Of a DNA stretch of 35,157 nt, positions 12,611 through 23,998 are shown one piece after another; position 1 is the first letter of the stretch, and every line of letters begins with the position of its first letter. Location: NCBI GenBank assembly GCA_000934665.2, contig JYFJ02004105.1, positions 1 through 35,157 on the forward strand, in the 5' to 3' direction. Below the pieces are notes generated by a model. It was given only the letters and a program-made list of their open reading frames with translations. It was not told the origin of the DNA and searched no databases. Made by a program: the position numbers and the translations under genes. The DNA is from Catajapyx aquilonaris (lineage: Eukaryota).

Positions 12611-13092
12611 CTATAGGAGGACCCTACTCATCAGATGCAAATATTTTCTTGAGTTTTGATCAAATTATGTAAAGCATTACACCCAATGCACCCCATTATT
12701 TAGACTAAATTGGGGTGGCCCCAAGCAGTCGGCTCTTTTTGGTCCATTTTCTGAAGGAAGCGTCCCACTTGGACTAATTGGACAGGTCAAGTGCAACACA
12801 GCCGGACTTCATTTCAGCCGCAGCTGGATCCTCAACTCGATTTTCTTCCTTTCCATTTCGCGTAATTGGCCTTCTTATGGACCTACCCCCCCAACACTAC
12901 TTCTTGGCCCTCCCCCCCCCCCATCCGCCGCTTCAGGACAAGAGGGAACCGTGGTTAAAATTCTATTGGCTATACTTATGCATAATGAGCCATTGTAGGA
13001 ATATTGGCCGCCTCTGGTGCTCTCGACCTCCCCATTTCTTTTAGGTGAACGCAGCTGTGGGTTTACCATTAACTAGAGCGTAGGCTGCATAT

Positions 13093-13387
13093 TAGGGCTG
13101 TGCGATATCCGAAATTACATATCGACTTTCGATACTTACAAAATATCGCATCGAAGTCGATATATCGAAAATCAAAAAACCGACATCTAACCGACATCGA
13201 ACCGACATCGAACCGACATCGAACCGACATCGAACCGACATCGAACCGACATCGAACCGACATCGAACCGACATCGAAAAATCGCGATATTCGATACATC
13301 GAACATGCCAAGCGTCGGATATCGCAACTGAGATATTAGGAAAATATAGTATCGACAGTCGATGTATCGAAATATCGCACAGCCCTA
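13093..13387 (+). mobile_element. hAT-type MITE family A, copy 1
   Basis: TIR TAGGGCTGTGCGATAT / ATATCGCACAGCCCTA. Perfect 8-bp TSD CTGCATAT (13085-13092, 13388-13395). An 8-bp TSD with TAGGG termini is typical of hAT. Confidence 0.95.
13179..13277. repeat. 11-bp minisatellite (ACCGACATCGA)x9 inside MITE A copy 1
   Basis: Nine tandem units, the first with one substitution. Confidence 0.95.
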
Positions 13388-13883
13388 CTGCATATATCAT
13401 TAAAATCATACTTAAGCTAAATACCCCTCCGACATATCGACTGTCCCAGCACTTACGTAATCCAAATATTTATATTACCCTAAGCTATTGTACATAACAA
13501 TATTGTAGTTGTCAACACGATGAGACTGAGGGGGCTATACCGACAGATTTCAGCCGGCAAATGGTGTTTTTCTCCTCCTAGACAACCAGCAGGTTGGAAT
13601 TGATCACATGAAACAAAGCAGATTTGACCTTTGACAAGCAGCCGGAGGTGACAGCAAAACACTCTCCTCTGGTAGGTTGGGATGACACGAAACAATCGCC
13701 CACTCCAGCCCTCTATCCACCCACCAATTTCCTCTGGTGGTTGCGTTTCAAAAGGATTCGACGACTTTTCGGGCTTGTCCATTAGCACAACTCGATTGCA
13801 CTGGGAGAAGACCGATACCTCTCTCTACTATTGGTCAAATGTATCGGAACACCCGGGACTTCCACGGGATTGTTCCTCGCAGG

Positions 13884-14231
13884 TAGGGCTCTGCGATATC
13901 CGAAATTGTATATCGACTTTCGATACTCAAAAAATATCGAATCGAAGTCGATATATCGAAAGTCGAAAAACCGACATCAAATCGAAGTCGATATATCGAA
14001 AGTCGAAAACCCGACATCGAAACCCGACATCGAATCGAAGTCGATATATCGAAAGTCGATATATCGAAAGTCGATATATCGAAAGTCAAAAATCCGACAT
14101 CGAAAAAAAGCGAAAACCGACATCGAACCGACATCGAAAAATAGCGTTATTCGATACATCGCACATGCCAAGCGTCGGATATCGCAACTTCACAGACGAC
14201 AGTCGATGTATCGAATTATCGCACAGCCCTA
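13884..14231 (+). mobile_element. hAT-type MITE family A, copy 2
   Basis: Same TIRs (one substitution on the left). Perfect 8-bp TSD CTCGCAGG (13876-13883, 14232-14239). Internal 15-bp tandem unit TCGATATATCGAAAG. Confidence 0.95.
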
Positions 14232-15225
14232 CTCGCAGGTATACCATTTGGGAAACAAGGAAGTCGCAATGCGACAATTTCGACATTCCGAAACTAGGTT
14301 CTTGAAGACTTTGCTTGCATAACAAACACAATATGGGATTACTTGAACGCCCTCGTATATGACGCAATCATCTTGTGAGATTGCAGCGCTATAGAAACGC
14401 CGGATTATGCGGGTGTTTGCGCTGAATACACTATTACAAAGCGAAAGGTAAAGCCCTCTAAGGTCTTTTCTCCCCTTATCCTGTAGATTCCCCCACACCC
14501 AGTTCCCCCTCCATTCTCAGAATATGCGGAATTCGTTCCATTAACCGCTATTTGCTACCCCAAGAATCGTCGGGGGACAACTTCTTCCGGGCACGAAGTC
14601 GACTAGAAAATCATTAACAAGGCCGCAAAACTGTGAGGATTCCCACAAACGGAAAATGCAGGAGTAATTTCACAGATGGCTGGCTGCCCTTTCCCCTCCC
14701 CTCCCCCCCCCCTCCTTTTTTTCCTATACATTCTCTACTTCCGATCACGGTTTAATGGCCAAGCTATCTATAAAGAGGGTGGAGTCTCGTAAGACACAAA
14801 TATTCCTAATCCCCTATCTGCAAACAATGGTCATTTGTCTTCAATAATGATATTGACTAGGTTTTCATCAGATTAAAAACACATTTAGGCACAGATTACG
14901 TCTGTTTCTAGAGTGATATCATGCATGAAACGGCTTGCATTGTATACCATTCATAGCTGGCCATAAAAATTGTAAGTTTACTAGCCCTCCAGCTACAACG
15001 ACATGACAGATACGTCTGGCTTGCTATTGGTTCATATGCGGTAATGTTAGTAAATTACACCTCGAGGCTTAAAATGAAATTGTGACTAATTAGACGCATC
15101 AGACTAATTAATTAAAAATTCTCTCACACAAAAAAAAGCATTCATGGCATCACTATAGGTAGCAGCTCTATAACCCGAAGCATTGTTGCGACTGCCAGGG
15201 TGGTCCAAGTTCGTGGGGCCTTGTA

Positions 15226-15733
15226 CAGGGTGTTTCAACTTTTTTGTCCGAACAGTTATCGGAAATATTGCACTATAAGTAGGGCTGTGCGATATTTCGA
15301 TACATCGACTGTCGATGCGATATTTTCCTAATGTCGAAGTTGCTATATTTCGATACATCGACTGTCGATACGATATTTTCCTAATATCGAAGCTGCGATA
15401 TCCGACGCTTGGCATGTTCGATGTTTCGCAATTTTTCGATGTCGGTTCGATGTCTGTTTTCGATATTTTTCGATGTCGGTTTTTCGATTTTCGATATATC
15501 GACTTCGATTCGATATTTTTTAAGTATCGAAAGTCAATATGTAATTTCGGATATCGCACAGCCCTAACTATAAGCTGCTACTTTGTAAGCAGTGACTTGC
15601 AACTGGTTTGTCGGAGGAATGAGGAATATTCCCTGCGAATCTTATAGGTTGAAGTGGCATACACTGCTCACAAAGTAACAGCTTAGTGCAATATTTCCGA
15701 TAACTGTTCGGACAAAAAAGTTTAAACACCCTG
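15226..15733. mobile_element. Tc1/mariner-type MITE family C, interrupted by MITE A copy 3
   Basis: TA|CAGGGTGTTTCAACTTTTTTGTCCGAACAGTTATCGGAAATATTGCACT ... AGTGCAATATTTCCGATAACTGTTCGGACAAAAAAGTTTAAACACCCTG|TA. The left arm resumes after 15574. Confidence 0.92.
15280..15566 (-). mobile_element. hAT-type MITE family A, copy 3 (reverse orientation)
   Basis: Same TIRs. Perfect 8-bp TSD ACTATAAG (15272-15279, 15567-15574). Interior is the reverse complement of copies 1, 2 and 4. Confidence 0.95.
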
Positions 15734-15830
15734 TATAATAGTTAGCCTATAGTTATAAAAAAATTTTGCCCAAAAGCTGTTATTTTGGAAGGAGTAGGGT
15801 TGAGAGGCATCGCGGAAAGCGGGAGGGTGA

Positions 15831-16033
15831 GTAGTGGCCGGGGGCAGTGGCTGTGTCGCAAACGCAAGGCTGCAAGTAGTTTTTTTGGATTTCATAATGA
15901 CATACCGAATGTGGCAGGAGAAGGGGTATGCTGTACCAACCTAACCTAACCTTCCTTCATTGCGGATACACGCCTATCCTTCAATCTGCCTCCTCCAAGT
16001 GTTTGAGACACAGCCACTTCCCCCAGCCACCAC
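15831..16033. mobile_element. Foldback/MITE-like element with 35-bp GC-rich arms and internal (AACCT)3
   Basis: 15831-15865 is the near reverse complement of 15999-16033. A loose 9-bp direct repeat GTTAGCCTA (15741) / GTTAACCTA (16053) may bound a larger insertion. Confidence 0.6.
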
Positions 16034-16723
16034 CAGCCGTCGGTGGTGGCATGTTAACCTACTCTATCCGTTATTTTTTGTAGCTTGTTGTGCTCCGATC
16101 CAGGTGCCCTATTCTACAAGCTACACAAAAATAACTACTGATGGCAATATCAGTGATATCAGTGACCCACGAACTGGGACCACCCTGTATTTCAGCCAGA
16201 TCGATACATTGAAAAGAGGGTGCAGTTGATCCAAATTTATTTACTGCGTGATCCGGACCCCGCGTGTGACACCCGTGAAATATCCCCGGATTATTCCACT
16301 TAGCCCATCTTCCCTTCGACTCCATCCAGACCGGGCTCGACTGAACGAGATTAATTACACCCCTCGCCATTGTCAAGATGCAACCAAGAATGCTTCAGAT
16401 GACAAAAGCGGGATCTCGTCTTTATGGTGCCCTTCAAAGTCACCCCCTTTTGCATCGTCCTGGATGTTGATGGAAACGTTCCTGTCCTTGCTACGCTCCA
16501 GCTCAGATAAATAATAACCTGGCCGCCATTTTTGTCTTCTTTTCTCATGCCAGAATTTTTAGGGTGACTTATGCATATGAAAATGTGCTTCTAGCTATTT
16601 CCATTTGCGGTTATACGGTTTGTAGTTAACCTGCACAAAGCAAGCACAAAGTTAAATAAATCGCCTGAAGGTATTTACAAGTCTCATAATTTATATAATT
16701 TTAGTTTGTTTTTCGGTTCAAGT

Positions 16724-16949
16724 TAGGGCTGTGCGATATCCGAAATTGCATATCGACTTTCGATATTTAAAAAATATCGAATCGAAGTCGAGATATCGAA
16801 AATCGAAAAACCGACATCGAACCGACATCGCAAAATATGGAAAAACGGCATCGCGATATTCGATACATCGAACATGCCAAGCGTCGGATAGCGCAACTTC
16901 GATATTAGGAAATTCGACAGTCGATGTATCGAAATATCACACAACCCTA
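16724..16949 (+). mobile_element. hAT-type MITE family A, copy 4 (more diverged)
   Basis: Left TIR intact. Right TIR ATATCACACAACCCTA has two substitutions. TSD decayed (GTTCAAGT versus A-CTACAAGT). Confidence 0.9.
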
Positions 16950-17286
16950 ACTACAAGTGACATCATTCAGTTTTGATTTGAATTGATTCGTTTTCGTGGT
17001 AAAATTAACTGGAGCAAACTAGTTCTTAAAACTACTTGAGTCGAGCTAACTGAAAGTGAAGGGTGATTTGAAATGAAGGAAATGGAAACAAATGGAAACG
17101 AAAGGAACGGACATAAGTTACGACAAAATTGATTATGGGCTAAATGGCAGATGAATGGAACTGAAGTTAGATAGAGTGGAAGTTGTCAAGTCACAAATGG
17201 TTTACATCCATACGCTGATACATACTGTACCCAGTCGCGATATCAGGTTCTCATTACCACAATAATCGCATGTTACTCGTGGTCTG

Positions 17287-17532
17287 TAGTGTTGGACATT
17301 AATCGTGATACTGCTTGCGACATTTCTGATGCGGCGGAAGTCCAAATCGAAGTGATATAGTGTGAGCCGGGCGAGTAAGAAGAGGTAGGCCTTGAGTGAC
17401 GTCCCTGCCAGTGACGTCCCCCAAGGGCTACCATTTCTTACTCACACGGCTCGCACTCTATCACTTCGATTTGCACGTCTGCCGTAACGGAAAATGTCGC
17501 TAGCAGTATAACGAAATTAATGTCCAGCACTG
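17287..17532. mobile_element. Tc1/mariner-type MITE family E, copy 1
   Basis: Long imperfect palindrome TAGTGTTGGACATTAAT ... ATTAATGTCCAGCACTG|TA. It is the reverse-complement homologue of 33695-33987. Confidence 0.88.
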
Positions 17533-19375
17533 TACTTAACTGCTTAGCTCGATGAGTCTTGTCGGTTTAAGACACCACAATCATATCCATGCTAACTGAA
17601 TTGTCTAATCAAAATAGCACATTATATCATTCCGAAACGAAACAAATTGCATAAAATTATTTTTGTGATGAAGTTACTTTTTAAGTACCGGTACCGGTAT
17701 CACAACACAGGGTAATCCCGAAAATTGAAGAACTGTATAGCATTTACAATAGCTTTTTGTCTATACTTGATGGCTTCGAGGAAAGAAGAGCACTCTTATC
17801 TCTGTTAGTTGATCCCACGTTATTGTATGGGTTCCGAAATCGGTTGGCTTCCACGCTATCAGCCCACCAAATCTCTATTCGCAACTCGCTTTGTCTTCCC
17901 CCCCCCCCCCCCCCNTGAGCAACTGAAATGCCCCCCCCCCCCCCTCAACTTTTGCTGAAGAAATCCATGGGACTCCAGATCTGGACATGTTTGTTGTGGA
18001 GATAGGGACCAGAACTGGGAGCAAACAATCCCTTGATTGTCTTTTACATCCGGGGAGAAGAGCAATGTCGGACCCGGAAAAGAGACTGAGAGGGGACTGG
18101 TGGAGGGGTGTGGACTTATCGAAGGCGCCGATCGAGGTCTGGCAATGGTCTTGTTAAAAGTGGTGCTATAGGAAGGTGCTTCATCTCCGGATAATAGGAA
18201 AGCTTTTGGAGGAGGGGGAGGGGGGGTTGCAAAAACCGCAAACTCAACAGGGCAGAAAATGGCGTCGTTGGCTTATCCCAACAGGTGATAGATGAGACGA
18301 TACCTTCTAAATCTAAACGCTAGCTTTTAGCGATTTGAAGGTAAATTGATTGCTTAACGAACAAACGTCCTGTTGGCTCAGGAAATGGAGCATTCGGTAC
18401 TACCTGACTATAGATGGTCAAACTTAGAACCCGGAAGTCCACGATGTTTTTCCACGACGATATTGAATCTTATTTCGGTCCAGAAAGTAATTAACACGTG
18501 TCGATAAAGCCCTAGTAATGATCAGCAATATGCTTTTCTAGTCGTGACTCAAACTTCTTTCCGACCAAACGTTTTCGCAACAGTCTTCAATTTGAAGACA
18601 TTTCTGCAATGTTTTTTTATGGTTTCATATAATGTCGGCGTATCCCAACGGAAGTCTTTGTAAAGCCACGAGTCGTGCTGTGGCCCCAAAAAAACGAAGA
18701 AAAAAAAATAGAACGTAGAAGAGAAAAAATCGCAAAACCCAACCGCGTCCTATCCATATTGGAGTCGCGGGTCCCTGCCACGGAAAATATCGTTCCGTCC
18801 TTTATTAGGTTTCCTGTTGTTCAGGACGAAATTGAGTCGACGGTAAACGAGCACATAACCCCCACACGCGGGACTCCATTAGACCACAAATGGAGCATTG
18901 GAGGGGGGGGGGGGGNNNNNNNNTGTAAAACTCCCCCTTTGCCTCCACCCCCCCCCCCCTTCTCTTCTTTCTTCTTTTCTTGGAAACCGTGCAAACTTGA
19001 CTTTAGTCGGCGGACCGAGTTTCGTTTTGGTGGCCACCTGGAACCATTCGGAAGAAATGCGAAAGCATTTCGAAGGCGCTCGATTATCCGCCTGGGCACC
19101 TATATCCTAGCTCAGGTTCACCTTACGCAAGACATATGTTCGAATTTGCGTCAAGTAACGTTCCTGTTCCAGGATACGTTTCGATCTTTATGTTGATTAA
19201 CATCGTTATGTGTTGAGGCTTGGAATACTCTGGATCATTTATTTGGAATTAATCAAGAATCAAAGGAAAATATTATGGTGGTTTCTGTACCTACAAATTT
19301 TATCGATTAATTTCAAATAAATGTTTCAGCAACCAACAATTTTGGTTGGTTGAAAGACCTACCTGTCAGCTAATA

Positions 19376-19473
19376 CAGGGTGATCCAAATTTATGGGTCG
19401 TTTTTTATAACTGATATCGCCCGATAATAGTTATATTTTGTAGCCTGTTGTGCCCCTAACCAGTTGTCCTATT
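19376..19473. mobile_element. Family B MITE, left half only
   Basis: TA|CAGGGTGATCCAAATTTATGGGTCGTTTTTTATAACTGATATCGCC matches 8412 onward. Truncated where element D begins. Confidence 0.85.
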
Positions 19474-19736
19474 CCATGGTCTTAGAATAATAAGGTCTGG
19501 ACACTCCCTCTTATCGCCTGCACGAGGTGCTCACTTGAGAGCGTCATAAGACAGCTTTTCATTGCGCTATTATGTGGCGACCCCAGGGCGACCCTACCGG
19601 ACTACGCTGAACTAAGGTAGAAGAGAAGCTGCTACATGCGGGCCCAACATGGCCGCCGGCGACCATGTTGGGTCCCCCAATGTAGAGCTTCCCTTTTGTA
19701 CCTATAAAGTTCAGCGTAGTCCGGTAACGTCGCCAC

Positions 19737-19740
<4 letters not shown>
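19474..19740 (-). mobile_element. Palindromic element family D, copy 1 (right arm truncated)
   Basis: Homologous in opposite orientation to 23370-23998. Centre CCCAACATGG-CCGCCGGCGA-CCATGTTGGG. The right arm runs into (TAA)n. Confidence 0.85.

Positions 19741-19779
<39 letters not shown>
19738..19779. repeat. (TAA)14 microsatellite
   Basis: Direct reading. Confidence 0.97.
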
Positions 19780-19781
<2 letters not shown>

Positions 19782-19852
19782 TGTACCTCAATAAATAAAG
19801 GTCCGTGCGATATGCCCCCATGTGGGGGCGAAAGCACATTACCCCAGCACGA

Positions 19853-19853
<1 letters not shown>

Positions 19854-19916
<63 letters not shown>
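19854..19916. repeat. (ATT)21 microsatellite
   Basis: Direct reading. Confidence 0.97.
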
Positions 19917-20033
19917 TGAATATTATCATCTCCCTGTGAACTTTCCGCCCCAGCAAAGCATCATTTTAATTCCCGTGAGTATCATGGCCCCCCCTACATT
20001 ATTCACTGTGGCAGCCGGACTTTCAATTCGATT

Positions 20034-20045
20034 CAAGATGGCGGC
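20034..20045 (+). promoter_or_regulatory. YY1/PHO consensus motif CAAGATGGCGGC
   Basis: Exact match to the YY1/Pleiohomeotic long consensus. A related GGCCGCCATTTT lies at 16521-16532. Function is not demonstrable from sequence. Confidence 0.25.
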
Positions 20046-23000
20046 CGGTTGAGCGGTCTATTTTCTCTGTGTCATTGCTCTCAACAGAATAAACAAAATT
20101 AAAAATACAAAAATGGTTGATTGTTACTTCAACCATTTCTGTATTTTAGTGCTCCTAAAAACGGCGATATCTTCCGGATTCACGGAAGTAGCAAAATGAG
20201 ATCAAACTTTTTTTTTTTTGCTTCCTTGCGCCACTCTACTTCCAGCAGAAGCCTTGCATTATTAATTAGAGAGAAACGAAGTAAGTGCAATTAGCGCCAA
20301 GGCATAGTGTTTGCCAAGTTCATTAATTATCCATGTGAAACGGCGCATCTCTTATGAAAGGCCCAAGAATAATAATCTCCCTGTAAATATGATATCGAAG
20401 AAAATATTCATTAAGAAAATTTTTGAACCACCCCCCCCCCCCCCACTTCTTTTCCCTAGTAGTTGGAAGTCGTCAAGCAAAGTTTAACTGCATAGTTACC
20501 TCTCACCCATCAGCACTCGGACAGGGCGATAACTAATGACGATAATAGTAAAGGGGTTTTCAGCACCGATTTATTTCTCCCGCTTAAAATAACCGAGCAT
20601 GCCCCATTTATCCGAAATGAAAATCTCACACGCCAGCAGCTCTCCGCTGCGGTTAAATGAGGGACTTGACGACGTTACGGCCCCTCAGGAAAGTGCTCGT
20701 AACCAAATTACGACCGCCTCTCCATTTCAGATGTTCCGTTAATAAACCTGCCTATATAGATCTCTTTTAGAAGCACTCCTTTTTCCTGGGTTTTGCCAAA
20801 GGTTTTTGCCTCTCTTGTTCTCTCCCATTCGCATAGTCAACAACAAGTCTTCTGCCTTGGGGATGGGGCAGGAAATCTCATTCCCTCCTTAAGATAGTAA
20901 AAGGGGGGATTGGGGGGACTTCTCCAAAAAGTTTAGACGTCATCTGCCTACTACAGGCAAACACCGAATGTCAACATTTTGCTGGTAAAACTCTTCCTTT
21001 CTTGGATGCAAAAAGCCTTGATTCGCTTGATTTTATTATGCACACTGAAAAACCTGGGTCTGACACTTTTTGTTTCTGTGCACAACGTTTCGGATTTTTA
21101 GCCGCCGGACTTGCAGCCTTTTGCATGCAGTTATGGACATCAAGTTGTACTTCTAATTACAGGAATCATATCCAGGCAAAGCTTTGTGTCGTTAGCCATG
21201 TGCACCTGTCTGCGCCTGATGGCCATTTATTATTTCTGTGTTATTTTAAACCTCTCCAAACACATTTGTTTTCATGCCTGGAGCGGACGAGGCCTACTCT
21301 GTTTCTGAATACAAAATTAATTCAATTTATAGTTCACATTTCTCTCTGTATAATTTGCTATTAGTAGCTGTACAATTTTGTGGCGACTTTTTCCTATATT
21401 TTAACACTGGTTTATCCTATCGCATCAGGCACACCGTGTGTAGTATTCGAGGATTATTAGATCACCATTCTGCTCAATTATTCATTGCAGTATCTCATAC
21501 GCAGGTAGGATCTCAGCTCAAATATACAGATGCACAGTGCACCACAATCGTATTTTCTCGAGCACCCTAATTTTCAGTTTAGGTATGCAAAATTAATTCT
21601 GCAGTTCCTCGAGCACTTTTCGAGGAAAACTTCTATAAGGTTCATCTTGCATAATGGAAGAAACCTTGCATTCTCTGGTGTTAGTTCGCTGCCAGTATGC
21701 ATGTAGAAAGACCAAAAGGTACATCAGTACCGGTATGACACCAATCACCATGATTTTTGTCAAATAATATATGACCATGACATTGCTGATCGTGTCCTGT
21801 GCCAGCAATAAAAATGTTCTCCGTTGTAATATTCATTCACAAAAAAATGTCCATAACTTGACAGGCATTTCGCGAATTCCGGCCCTCCAATAAAGATCTA
21901 CCCCCTACCCCCGGCAGCAATGGTCGATATGAAAATTCCAAAGAACAGGAATTTTGCTGCATCAATAAATTCATCTGGCCATCGCTCCATCTCTCTGTCA
22001 CTTCATCCAATGAGAGTAAGGAGTTTAGCAGGAGGGGGGCTAGAAACTTGCCATAGATTGAACACGTCCCGATTCCTTTTCCGCCCCTAAAACTCCAACA
22101 GTTTCCCCCGAGTGCTTGACAGTGTTCAGTTGTCAAAGCTCATCTACTTTTCCCTTCCTTCGAGCTTCCGGAGGCGAACTGGAGAAAAGGCAAAATCAAC
22201 AGCTTGATTACCAAGTAATACTCTCTGGCAAGGCGATCAACCGCGAATGGAATAGCTCGCACGCAGGACCTAGGACAGCCCTCGAGACACATTCGCCAGA
22301 AATCCTCGACTTGTACTTACCATAAACCCAAAATTTCGGAAGGGACGAGGGGGGTGTAAAACCGAAGCTTCCTTGATGAGTTCCTAGCTTTTGATGGTAG
22401 GGGTGTGCAACCGGCTAGAAATTTCTATTCCGACCCCTCCTACCCTCACTTTTTTTTCCCAGTTTTTTTATTATATAGTGAAACTGGATTACTTTCAATG
22501 TCCCCTCTAGAAAATCATGCAGATAAGGTTTAATGCCCCGAGAATAAAGGCCCTAAGGAAAGGCCCTCCCACTCAACTTTCCACATTTTAAGTCTGAATT
22601 CGAGGCCGAAGTGAACATTATTAATAATCCCAGGACATTGCATGCTGGCGGGAAAAGCGGAATTGGGCCCCCGGATTTGGGCAAACGGGGCATTGCCAGT
22701 AATGAATTCCTTCTCCCCCTCCTTCAAGGTTGATCCCGGAAGGATTTCAATGGAAGAAGAAAAGTAAAAAAAAAGGAGGAAGAAAGAAAGGCATCTTAGT
22801 AGGGAGATGGGAAAAGATCGTTCGCATGTCGTTCCCCATTAAACTTGCCCGCGACGATTTCCCTACCGCCTAAATCTCGGGGAGTGCGCTTTGATATCAC
22901 CCCAAGGATGGGGCGTTTCCACACCAGGGACTCCAGAGAAGAGATCCTGCTTTCATGCCAGAAAAAAAACTGGGGAAGAGAAACGAAGATAACTATCCAA

Positions 23001-23369
23001 CCCGCTCGATTTTTTGGTAAAGGAAAGTAGAGGTGTAATTGTGATAACCCGGCCCCACTGTGCTGGGACCTGGCTTGCAAAGTAGATCAGTTTCAGATTG
23101 CCACTAGAAACGATTTTGATACAAGATTGGCTGACTGGAACACCCTATCATGCTCCAGGCACCCACCGAGTTTTCTTGGTATGAGCTAGCCAGGGACAGG
23201 CCCTGGGAGGACCCGGGGTCACGGACTAGATATTTAAGGACTGGCCACCCGCCCTCTTATCGCGTTGGGAGGGAAACGTGGAGGTTATGCACTCCGGAAC
23301 CACATGCGGCGATCAAGGCCCAGAGAGAAACACATCGCGTCGATGCCATCAATGACTAGTTCAACCCCC

Positions 23370-23998
23370 GGACACCACCCCTATAATCTTATCGCCTACT
23401 AGGGCGTTTTGCATGAGGTGCTCACTTGAGAGCGCCATGAGACCTCATTTCACTGCTACATTATGTGGCGACCCTACCGGACCGCGCTGAACTTTATAGG
23501 TACATTGGGGGACCCAACATGGTCGCCATGTTGGGCCCGCATGTAGCGGCTTCCCTTCTACCTAAGTTCAGCGCGGTCCGGGGGTAGGGTCGCCACATAA
23601 TGTAGCAGTACCGAAGCAGGTTGGTGTAGTGGATATGGAGTCCGCCTGCTAATCGGGAGGTCCTGGGTTCGAGGTTCGAATCCCGGTGCCGGCAACTCTG
23701 ACCGTGGTTTTCTGTGGTTTCCCACGGTTCCTCCAGGTGAATACCGGAGTTGTTTCCTAGTTAATAGGCCACAGCCGCTTCCTTCCATCCCTATCCCGTC
23801 CCAAAAAGCGAAATAAAGTTTACAAGAGTTCCAGCCAAAAAAACAAATCTCCCCCCTAAAAAGCCAGAACGGCTTCAATTGGGTATGATATATATTATAA
23901 TGTAGCAGTGAAAGGCGGTCTCAAGTGAGCACCTCATGCAAAATGCCCCGGCAGGCGATAAGAAGTAGTGACCAGACCTTACTATTGTAAGACCATGG
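23370..23998 (+). mobile_element. Palindromic element family D, copy 2, interrupted by a SINE
   Basis: Arms TCTTATCGCC...TTTTGCATGAGGTGCTCACTTGAGA / TCTCAAGTGAGCACCTCATGCAAAA...GGCGATAAGA. Centre CCCAACATGG-TCG-CCATGTTGGG (23513-23535). GACTAGTTC occurs at 23354-23362, 23998-24006 and 24007-24015 (possible 9-bp TSD). Confidence 0.85.
23610..23896 (+). mobile_element. Full-length tRNA-derived SINE (family S1)
   Basis: Pol III A box TGGTGTAGTGG and B box GGTTCGAATCCC (with GGTTCGA duplicated). The central domain resembles the Lm1/Talua-type insect SINE core as I recall it. Perfect 13-bp TSD ATAATGTAGCAGT (23597-23609, 23897-23909). Confidence 0.93.

Larger units (their letters stand above)
15196..16187. 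mobile_element. Family B MITE split by nested insertions
   Basis: Left TIR CAGGGTGGTCCAAGTTCGTGGGGC at 15196 and right TIR GACCCACGAACTGGGACCACCCTG|TA ending 16187 share the TGGTCC variant absent from the other copies. The interior resumes at 16070 (GTTATTTTTTGTAGCTTGTTGTGC). The left TA is not preserved. Confidence 0.7.

Noticed and set aside
13179..13277. Regular repeat array that might be taken for CRISPR
   Set aside because: Tandem 11-mers with no unique spacers, inside a MITE with TIRs and TSD; no cas genes and a eukaryotic context.
15938..15952. (AACCT)3 insect telomere-type repeat
   Set aside because: Only three units inside a foldback element; not a telomere or interstitial telomeric array.
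13069..16976. ORFs up to 207 aa with repeats such as SVRCRFDVGSM and SRYIESR
   Set aside because: They are translations of the stop-poor MITE A interior, open in several frames on both strands.
21100..21280. Minus-strand fragments reading TWLT and ALPGYD, reminiscent of a LINE APE endonuclease
   Set aside because: Motifs lie in different frames with stops and are too short to distinguish from chance without a translated HMM search.
21593..21808. 71-aa ORF with a hydrophobic segment
   Set aside because: Non-ATG start, no recognisable homology and no convincing splice context.
23610..23695. tRNA gene (also 34588-34662)
   Set aside because: Imperfect cloverleaf, duplicated or degenerate B box, and followed by a SINE body, tail and TSD.
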